From assembly GCA_000091205.1 (NCBI GenBank), contig AP006490.2: 64,000 bases of DNA, one strand, 5' to 3'. This DNA comes from Cyanidioschyzon merolae. Taxonomy: Eukaryota. The notes beneath the pieces are model-generated. The model did not search any database. It saw only the letters and a list, made by a program, of their open reading frames with translations, and was not told the origin of the DNA. The translations under genes were made by a program, and so were the position numbers. Below, in pieces: positions 42,012 through 50,974 of the stretch; position 1 is the first letter of the stretch, and each line of letters begins with the position of its first letter.

Positions 42012-43370
42012 TCAACCAAACGTATCATAGTCACGGTTTGCATTACGGTTCGATGACCAGAAGGGTGCGCGTTGCAGAGGTCGCCACCGCGTGCCAGCGG
42101 CTGCTTGTCGCACTGGTGATATCGCTCCTGCTGGTGTGTCGAGAAGCAGAGGCTCGCTCAGAATCGGACCGACGGCAACGTTCGCGCTCGCTTCGTGATC
42201 GCGCTCCAGCGCCTGACTCGCCTCAGTGGCAGCTTCGTTTTCAGTTCGATGAGCGGCCCGCTCTTCCCAGCGGTAAATACACAGGCCAATGAGGATCACG
42301 ACAAGGCCAACGAGGTCATACCAGTCGACGGGTTGCGCCTCATCGCCCATGAAAAATGACATGCAGAATGCAAAGCTCACCAGAGGGAGACGGAGCGTCA
42401 TCAGCATCGTATAGAGCGTTGCACCCCCGTGTTTGATCACCAGGATGCCGAATACATTATACAAGATGTTCGCAATCATATACAGAAGAACTGGGAGCCA
42501 TGCCCCCCGACAATGGTCGCACGGCGGCAGGGATGTGCCGTCGTCCCCGCGCTCTATTATGCAGTCGGTGCGAAGGACATCTTGACCGAGTAAGCACTTG
42601 ATTCCGTTCAGAAGAAGGCTAGGCAAGTCATGCAGTGGGACGCGGGCCGGTCCAAAAAGCCGCAGGGAATTCACCGGAATCAAAGAGAGCCCGATCAAGG
42701 ACTGATACCAGGCGATGTAGAACATGACTATGAACACGCTCATCTCTTGGCCGCGAAGGGCGTATTCCTTGTACACATGGGCTAGAGATTGCGGCAGTTG
42801 TGCAGCGAGAAACACCAAATTGAAGAACAGGAGGTCAACAGTGCCTGTGCTTGTGCTCCCGCTGCTGTGGATACCAATGAGCCGTGGCGTTAACACGACA
42901 AGTGCCCCTCCGATGATGACGCCCGCCGCAACAAACTGATGTACGACGTATCGCGTCCCGAGAATGCAAGCGGACCAAAACATGGTCATGGGGATGCTGG
43001 CCTGGACGAGGATCATTTGTGTTGTGCCGCGAGTGTAGACACCTCCGAGGACGGTGCAGATTCCTGCGATTGCCTCTAGGAGACCGACAAAAGCGAGCTT
43101 GAGCTGCGGCAGCTCCTCATCTTCCAATGGCGACGGCCGATCGAAAACGCGCTTGAAGAGCAGCACGAGGCCCAGGACTGGCAAGTAAATCCAGCTCGTG
43201 ACCTGCGATAGAAAATAGGGATAATTTGGCATGGTATTTGTCATACGCTTGAAGAACACAGCATTCCAAACCGAGAAAAAAAGCAGTGCCGATGCATAAA
43301 CGCCCAGAACGCTCTGCTTTAGCCATCGGTCCGCAGGCTGGGACGGTTTCCAACTCGAAGCGCTGCTCAT
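42012..43370 (-). CDS. Polytopic membrane transporter, CRT-like (chloroquine-resistance-transporter-like) / drug-metabolite-transporter superfamily
   Basis: 452 aa with about 10 predicted TM helices. The overall architecture resembles CRT/CLT-family proteins. The assignment is by pattern, not by a strict motif. Confidence 0.5.
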   Translation of the reverse strand: MSSASSWKPSQPADRWLKQSVLGVYASALLFFSVWNAVFFKRMTNTMPNYPYFLSQVTSWIYLPVLGLVLLFKRVFDRPSPLEDEELPQLKLAFVGLLEAIAGICTVLGGVYTRGTTQMILVQASIPMTMFWSACILGTRYVVHQFVAAGVIIGGALVVLTPRLIGIHSSGSTSTGTVDLLFFNLVFLAAQLPQSLAHVYKEYALRGQEMSVFIVMFYIAWYQSLIGLSLIPVNSLRLFGPARVPLHDLPSLLLNGIKCLLGQDVLRTDCIIERGDDGTSLPPCDHCRGAWLPVLLYMIANILYNVFGILVIKHGGATLYTMLMTLRLPLVSFAFCMSFFMGDEAQPVDWYDLVGLVVILIGLCIYRWEERAAHRTENEAATEASQALERDHEASANVAVGPILSEPLLLDTPAGAISPVRQAAAGTRWRPLQRAPFWSSNRNANRDYDTFG

Positions 43371-43399
43371 ATTGCTCGCTTATCGCGTGCGCTACGCTG

Positions 43400-43732
43400 T
43401 CGACGGACAACGTACCAGGTTTTTTCGTCGTTCCAAACAGGTTCTGGATCTCGATGTGGTAACGCAATATCTTTGCCAGAATAAATACAGGACGCGTGTC
43501 CACGCAGCGCCTCCAGCTAAACGAAAGCGAGTTCCGGGCCCAGGTGCGTACGCCGCAGACGGACCGGAATCCTTCTACGAGGACTCGAAACTCGCAAGTG
43601 ACTGTTTGATGGAGCTTCTCGGTGATCCGCGGCGGAGTGAGCTCTTCATCGCCTTGACTGCAGCAGCGGAAAGCGGATGGGACTTTGTCGCGCTGGCTGC
43701 GCGATCGGCGAAGCCTGTGCTCACACACCAAC
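43400..43732 (+). pseudogene. Trehalase gene fragment. 43562-43732 is about 95% identical to 49329-49501 of the intact trehalase gene. Upstream there is weaker protein-level similarity ('RVHAAPPAK' vs 'RYHAPAAEG').
   Basis: 'ccggaatccttctacgaggactcgaaact.gcaagtgactgtt.gatgga.cttctcggtgatccgcggcggagtgagctcttcatcgccttgactgcagcagcggaaagcggatgggactt' is shared. The fragment's 'ESGWDFVALAAR' is a degenerate version of the trehalase 'ESGWDFSSRW' motif. It ends about 12 bp before the right end of the 43.7-kb element. Confidence 0.75.
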
Positions 43733-46046
43733 AACGCCGCTCTAAAGTCGAACGACGTCGGGCGTGTACAGTAGTGGCAGCAACCGCGCCCTCGACAAGA
43801 CGTCTCCAACTGACGCGCAGACGCCTCCCCGTCTTATTGGACCGGCCACCGATTACTGCTTCCAACTTTTTCTCATATAGTTCCACTTTGAGAGGTTGCC
43901 GCACAAAATTCTCTCTTGTCAGCGCTGGAGGTCTTCTTTCCAGCACCGCACATCTCCTGATATTGATAGTGGCATTAAAGTCTCGATTCACAAACTCCAT
44001 ACGCCTCTTGCCATCATTGGTTGTACTTACTAGTGCAAGTGGCCCTCACACTTTTGCCCTCCTTTCCATTTGCTCCTCCGTCAGCGGTCTATACTTCTTT
44101 ACATCTTCAGGGCTCCTCTGGCACTTTTCCATCTCGACCCTCTGAAGTGTACAACCCAGCTCGTGGTGTGTATAAGATGTTCGGAACTCATCTATCGGTA
44201 TTGTAACGAAACGCCGTGCGCACTCCTTGTACACCCTCGTCGTTGGAGCTGGCGTAGCTCCTTTCTTGGGCGCTCAGCGCCCTGCTCCGTACGCTACTAC
44301 CAGCCTTTGGCTCTCGTCCTCCTTCAGGGCGTTCAACTCATTGAAAAAGTTCGCGAGCACGCGCTGCCTCCCACCGTATAGACTCATTCGCAGACGAGCC
44401 CGCCGGGGCTTTGTATACTCCTCCCGTAGCGCCTCCCGATGAGGAACACGAACTTCCATGACTTTCCGAGAAGCTTGAAAGTGTGCTCCGCGGCCCGTCA
44501 CCTCGCTCAAAGCTTCCAGGTGATCCTTCATTCCTGCATCCCATGCAGGAATTTTCTTCCTCGCATTCATGACTCCCGATTCTCGATAGTATCTTGCTCT
44601 CGGGAACCTCAAAAGACGCATGTCTTTCTGACGCAAGGAACCGTCAGTACTATCTTCCGCACGCTACGCTGCGCGATGGTTATGATACTCGTATTCTCAG
44701 GGTCCGCGCCAACGACAAAGTCGTTACCCTGCACTTTCTGCGTCGCAGGACCCGCCTCCTTCTCATCTTCCTGCTTCACCGCGTCAACGACAAGATCGTT
44801 ATCCTCCACCTCCTGCGTCGCAGGATCCGCCGCTTTGTTTTCTGCATCCTTCGTCACGGGCGAAGCCGAGAGCGGGACTGAACGATCTTTCTTCAACCGC
44901 CGATAGTGTACACACAAGGCTACTCCATCGGTTTCGATCAACCCAGTGAATACCTTTTGTTTGCTCATTTTGAGCCGTTTGAAATTGAAGATGTTCTTCC
45001 AGTACGTCTCCAGGTTTTCACCGATGAACTCTTCCCTGTTAACATCGAACTCGGGAATGATCTCCCTCATGATGCCATAAAGGATTCTGGAGTCGATAGT
45101 CACAAAATGTGACTTGAAGTTGCACAACGGAACGACACTGAAGCGCTTACCCACTAGGGCAGCCTTCCGTCTCTCCCACTCTTCATTTTTCTCTCACTCA
45201 GCTTCATCTCTGCCTTGCGTTTGAGTTCTCGGTCCAAAATCACGAAATACCGCAGGACGAGGCGATAGTATCTTTCCTTATCTTTTTCAACTCTGATATC
45301 TTTTCTGTTGGATTAACCAACCCCAGTACCGCACGATGCTCTTGTATAACCGCGCGGATGACGGAATCCTCATTCGTGCTCTTGTTTGACGCCTTCTTGT
45401 CGACGACTTCGACCTCATCTTCATGCTTACGATCTTTCGTGATGCCATTGATAATCGCCCATTTTCCATTGCGAGATAGGCTCTGGTAGAGTGCAACCAC
45501 GGCGCGTATCATGAAACGTTCGAGGTTCGCTGTCAAATGGTTTTTCAGATTCGTGAGGTACTTCATCGCCCCATATGTGTAAATATCCCCGTCACCCTTG
45601 TATCGAGTACCATTGAAGCTGTAAAAGGGATGTTTTTCGTGGAGGGCATGCATTCGCTCGTTTTCCCTCCGCGCTTCCCCTGTAACAAGCATCAGCTGAC
45701 GAATAAAGGTCATGTCGAAAAACTCGTCCGGAATTTCGACTGTTTCCATATGCGTCACGTCGCGATACATCTACCTCGCCAAATGCATCAGTCCTGACGA
45801 CGCCTTGACAATACTCTCGGAGTCTGACGCAACACGTTTTTCGATAGCGTCTCGCAACGTTTCCCTGTTGGGATCCTTGATATGTTTAAGAAGACAGCCT
45901 TTAACCACCATCTCGTCGTACAGTTGTCTTTTTTGCCGGCTTCGACGTAGGACCTCACCTTTTGCTTCTTTTTCTCTTCCTTTTCTTCTGGAATCGGCAC
46001 TGTTTTTTGTTTTTTTTTCTGGCAGCCGGCGACACTGGGCCTCCAA
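43575..46046 (-). pseudogene. TnpB/Fanzor-like protein gene of copy 3, disrupted
   Basis: Same domain order as the 27.7-30.1 kb gene. The N-terminal half is about 75% aa identical to that copy and the C-terminal half about 98%. Confidence 0.7.
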
Positions 46047-46345
46047 GATCGTGGACTTGCTTTTTCATATCTTTCCTTTTTTTGTTTTTTTTGAAAAGGA
46101 ACGCTCTTTGGACGCTTGTGGTATATGCTGCGAAAAAACACTTGACTAGACTTGTTTGAAGTTTTAAACAAAAATGAGCTGAAAGACTGTACTTTGCTAC
46201 GAACTGAACGGAAATCCAACTTTTTACAGCTGAACAACACGCTTCTGATCGAGATCACGTTTCCCTTCAACGGCGAGATACATGTCGTGTCTCATGTCTG
46301 CCTGATCTCCCAGGTGCGCTCACCGATCGATGAAGGTCACGTGTC
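43745..46345 (-). mobile_element. TnpB/Fanzor-like element, copy 3. Near full length, minus strand. It carries a nonsense mutation (E to stop before MYRDVTH), the frameshift shared with copy 1, and others.
   Basis: Minus-strand ORF pieces 45771..46046, 45240..45770, 44609..45154, 44274..44636, 44046..44234 (other frame) and 43575..44000. The last reads 'MEFVNRDFNATINIRRCAVLERRPPALTRENFVRQPLKVELYEKKLEAVIGGRSNKTGRRLRVSWRR'. The 3' terminus is '...ctactgtacacgcccgacgtcgttcgacttt'. Confidence 0.8.
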
Positions 46346-48235
46346 CGACACCCCGCCTTGGCACTTGCGTGTTCGCATCGCGCAGCAGCAAAAATCAGGT
46401 GTCCTAAATCGAAAACTCACGTGGAGTAGTCTCGTGCTATAGGCTATGTCGCTGGTGCTGACGCTACTGCCCATCGCATTACCGCCCTGACAGACATGGA
46501 GCTGTTGGGGCCTGGCACGATACCTCTCGACGCTTCTATCAAATGCGTAGCGTTCTCTGCGGCTTACGCTTGTGTGGATAAGATACGCATCACTCTACTC
46601 AATAGGAATTTTGTTAGTTTTATTGATCGTAAACAAACAAGGTACGGTAGGATTCCTGAACACGGATACAAGTTTATTTCCTATGCTTGTAATGCATGCT
46701 GCACGGACGCTGGAATAAGGAACTGACATGAATTTTGCTTCTTTCCGGCGTCATGGGCTGGTACTGATGACCGTTCAAGTCATTTTCCATGCTATCGTCA
46801 TTGCCCAAGTTATGGTGCCTGCTACTGTCTCGGACCCGGTGATCTTGACAGAGGCATAGCACACAGGTAGCGTCCATATCTGCCACGACGTTTGAGCCTT
46901 GCATCTCGCCTGGCACGATCGAGGAACCCGATAAAAGCACATACTGTATTCTTATCTACTCTATAAGATTAGTTTCAAGAGCCTAACCTGTATGTAGTTG
47001 TGCAAGCACCAAACCGTAAACTTATCTGCACCCCCTACGCCCCCCGCCATTCCTTAAGCAAGCGGATGTTCGTTAGCCACCTGCTGATTTTTCCCTTCCA
47101 GTAGTAAAACTGCTCAAGAGACGGATTTTTTCTCTATCCCTTACCGTTCAATGGAAAGAAAACGTTTCACGACCATGTAGGGTAAATTAATATCCAATCA
47201 CAGACGTCTCCTAGCCTTTTCCACCGGCCCCCTGCTATCGGTTGCAGCTTCTCTTTGTACAATTCGACCCTGAGAGGATGTCCCAGAAAGGTGGACCGCG
47301 TCAGCTCCGCCGGTCGCGCCTCCATCACCATTCGTCTTCTGATATTGATGAGGTTTTGTCGAAAACGCTAGTGATAGAGCTGAGGTCAAGAAACGATCCA
47401 TCTTGACTGGCGCTATCAAACGATCGGTACCAGAAGCTGGAGGCTGCAGCCGGCACCAGGTGCTCTGGTGACGGCATGCTGGCCGTGAATAGTGCGCGAC
47501 GAAGCCGCACAGCATGCTACGGTTTCCTAGTACGTAGGTAAAACAAGCGCGTACCCTAAACGTTCATATTCAGGGCGATGACTAGTCGCCGCCACGGTAT
47601 CCTGGGAAAAATATGCGAGTGCACTTTGGTTGCTCGACTATCGAGCACCATCACGAGTATGGGTGCACTTCACTACACGGTTTCCAACGATCATTGAATC
47701 CACCATCATCCAAAAGTGACGAAAAGTCACAAGCGCACCGGCCTCGTACCTCCAAGTCAGGACTTGCCCATCAGCACGCACACAAATTTCGTGACCCGCT
47801 GCGCATTCACCAAACGAAAGGAAGCACGCGTTTCTTCATCCAGGGATAGAGGGTTCCAAATTCCTTCAGAGACTGCCGATGCTTCGCCCGAACCCAGACC
47901 ATCAGCTGCGGTATGCCCACGAGCATAAACCGGATGCCTGCGATTATCTGCGTCATCAATGTAAATCCTGCCCACACCAGTACCTCAAATGTGTGTCGTT
48001 CGGACACGACACAAGCTCGAAAACCAAGCCGTATGGGGCCTGTCGCAAGCGCCAGTGGCACACCAGGTTGCCAAGCTCACAAATGCCAAAGCACACCACG
48101 CCTATCCAAAAAAAGGCGGCAGCGTCAGCAGCGGAAAGCACCAGCTCTATTGATCAAGAAGCGCATCGATGCGCTTCTCGATCGACGAAACGCGAGCTCC
48201 GCGAGACGCATTCGCCATCAGTTGACGTATAGAAC

Positions 48236-50332
48236 GTGTGGTACTATGCAACTGTTCAGTACCGTAACCTGAGCACCATGACATTGAAAGTCATAGAAGC
48301 GTATGTGCATATGGCTTTTCGTCTGGGCGCGTTGGCGCCTGCATTTCCGAGTTCGGTTGTATACTGTGCCGCCAACTGCGCTGAAACTAGTGCCGGCTGT
48401 GAAAAGTCGCTGCTCGCAGTCGTTCAGCGACTCCGCATTTTCGCTGACTCAAAACACTTTGTGGATCTGCCTCTGCTACCTGGGCGAATACCGGAGCGGA
48501 TCATAGAGTACTGGGACGCTGAGTTCGGTCGCCGCGTTGTTGAGGAGCCGCTGGCGGGCCCAGGCGAAGCAACCAGCGGGCTCCGCGAGGCCGAGCGCGA
48601 GCCCCCTGTGCCCACCTTTCGGCTAGCACGTGTCGAGGGACCTGACACCGACTTCGAGGAGGTACGTCGCTTTCTGTTAGAGCACTTTGACTACGCGCCT
48701 GGTGGCGACTTGCTTGCCTGGATCCCGCGGGACTTGCCGCAGTTGGAGCTGGACCCTGAACCTGGAACGACAGCGACTGGTTCGCCACCGTTGCTGCACC
48801 AGATCTGGCGCTGGATGAAAGCACAGGATGTCGATGCGGGAAACTGGCTCATGGATATGGTCGCACGCTGGCGAAAACTCGGTCGCGAGACCTCGCCGAT
48901 GGTGTTCAGAGAACCTGAACGCTTCAGTCTGCTGCCCCTGAAACATCCATTCATCGTGGCTGGTGGTCGATTCCGCGAGTGCTACTACTGGGATACCTAC
49001 TTCATCGTTCGCGGCCTTCTGGTCTGCGGTATGTGGGAGACTGCGCGCTGCTGCGTTGAGAATCTTCTCGATCTGGTAGAGCAGTTCGGCTTTGTGCCCA
49101 ACGGTGCCCGCATCTACTATCTGAATCGTACCCAACCACCACTACTTTCGGATATGGTGCGCTGCATTGCAGAGCATGCACATGCCGGATGGGACGTGAT
49201 GACATTTTTGGGGCGAGCGTTGCCGCTTCTGGAGCGTGAATACAACTTCATGATGGAGCAACGGGCGGTAAAGATGCGCGCAGGGGGAACCCTAAATCGT
49301 TACCATGCGCCCGCAGCCGAAGGACCGCGACCGGAATCCTTCTACGAGGACTCGAAACTTGCAAGTGACTGTTCGATGGAACTTCTCGGTGATCCGCGGC
49401 GGAGTGAGCTCTTCATCGCCTTGACTGCAGCAGCGGAAAGCGGATGGGACTTTTCGTCGCGCTGGCTGCGCGACCGGCGAAGCATGTGCTCCATCCGAAC
49501 GCAGTTGATTATCCCTGTGTGTTTCAACAGTTTCATGCTTCGCATGGAACGCAATCTCGCTTTTCTCTACCAATGGTATATCAGCGGTAGCCGACCGGAA
49601 ACGGAAAAAGGTAGCATTTTCGAACAGCGGTTACCTGGAAATGAGGAGGTCCCCAATGACCCAGTGACAAGAGACTTGCTTGATCGAGTCCAACAGCGGG
49701 TCTCTACGATGCAAAAGTATTTATACGTACCAAGCCGGGATCAATGGATCGACTACGACCTGGAGGCCGATACAACGACCCTGCAAACGGTTGCAGATTG
49801 GCGGCAGACGGTGAGTTCGAGCAACTTTTTCCCGCTCTGGAGCGGCATCCTCGAGCATATCGAATCGGAACAAGCGGCTTCCATCGCGCGTGGCGTGCTC
49901 CAGTCGTTCGAGGAGAGTGGTCTCCTGCAAAACGGAGGCGTTGTTGCAACATTGGTGACCGATTCGGGTCAACAGTGGGATTACCCGAACGCGTGGCCAC
50001 CCGTGCAACTCCTGCTGCACGAAGCGTTTGCGTCGCTAGCGACGCAGTTTTCCGCGAATGAGCAAATCTCCAACCGAGCTCGCGAACTTTCTTTGCAGAT
50101 AGCCATCCGATTTCTGCGTTCTGTATACCAGGGCTGGCTTCGGAGTGGTGATCTTTTCGAGAAGTATCACGCGGAAAAGGTCGGAGAGAGTGGCAACGGC
50201 GGTGAATACGTTCCCCAGGTTGGATTCGGATGGACAATTGGGGTGAGCCTTGCGCTCTTGTCCAGTGTATGGCAGCTTGATCGAAGCCTGCTCGCACAAG
50301 TCTGGCAGAGGGTATCCGATGAAGCCACATAA
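48236..50332 (+). CDS. Trehalase (glycoside hydrolase family 37), about 690 aa; start may be the Met at about 48278
   Basis: Trehalase signature 1 'GGRFRECYYWDTYF' and signature 2 'QWDYPNAWPP' are present, plus 'AESGWDFSSRW'. Confidence 0.92.
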   Translation: MWYYATVQYRNLSTMTLKVIEAYVHMAFRLGALAPAFPSSVVYCAANCAETSAGCEKSLLAVVQRLRIFADSKHFVDLPLLPGRIPERIIEYWDAEFGRRVVEEPLAGPGEATSGLREAEREPPVPTFRLARVEGPDTDFEEVRRFLLEHFDYAPGGDLLAWIPRDLPQLELDPEPGTTATGSPPLLHQIWRWMKAQDVDAGNWLMDMVARWRKLGRETSPMVFREPERFSLLPLKHPFIVAGGRFRECYYWDTYFIVRGLLVCGMWETARCCVENLLDLVEQFGFVPNGARIYYLNRTQPPLLSDMVRCIAEHAHAGWDVMTFLGRALPLLEREYNFMMEQRAVKMRAGGTLNRYHAPAAEGPRPESFYEDSKLASDCSMELLGDPRRSELFIALTAAAESGWDFSSRWLRDRRSMCSIRTQLIIPVCFNSFMLRMERNLAFLYQWYISGSRPETEKGSIFEQRLPGNEEVPNDPVTRDLLDRVQQRVSTMQKYLYVPSRDQWIDYDLEADTTTLQTVADWRQTVSSSNFFPLWSGILEHIESEQAASIARGVLQSFEESGLLQNGGVVATLVTDSGQQWDYPNAWPPVQLLLHEAFASLATQFSANEQISNRARELSLQIAIRFLRSVYQGWLRSGDLFEKYHAEKVGESGNGGEYVPQVGFGWTIGVSLALLSSVWQLDRSLLAQVWQRVSDEAT

Positions 50333-50974
50333 ACCGTGCGGGTCCTGATGCTGTCATGACCTCTGCGTTTACCTCAGCGTAGATTGGCGCTCGACGATAG
50401 ATTTTTGTTTATGAATGCATGTTTATTTATGTGTATGTGCTCCAAGTTTCCCGCGCTGTTCATTCGCGAGCCCGCGATAAACACAGCCTCCAACGAGCGA
50501 CAAGAATCTTGATTTTATTCGAGACGATTGGCGTATCGCATATTTGATCGATTTGAGGCACTTGAAGACTGCAGAAGTTTTCCATCAGCCGAATACATGC
50601 ATAAATAGATGTATTGTCTCAAGGGAAGGGCAGTATCCCTTTCTCAATGATCCGCAGCTGGCTAGCTCGCTTTTTCTGAACGAGGTACCCAAAATCAGTC
50701 ACCGAACAACGTATCACCGGGTCAGGCTCGAAGCGTCTACGCTGCGTCCGGCGTGAACGTGCCTAGACTTGCTCTGTCCCGGATGCTGGACCCTGATAGG
50801 CCGTTGAAAGCACTCGAACCGTGCATTCCGCCTCGGATACGCGTTCAACAACGGAGTCGTATGTCGTTTCATCAATCTGCCGTCAGCAAGAAGGCAGCGG
50901 CAGCTGCGCTCGTACAGACTCGGCATAGCGAGGTCGATCTCGCATCGAGTTCGCCCGAGTATTCACGATTCGCA

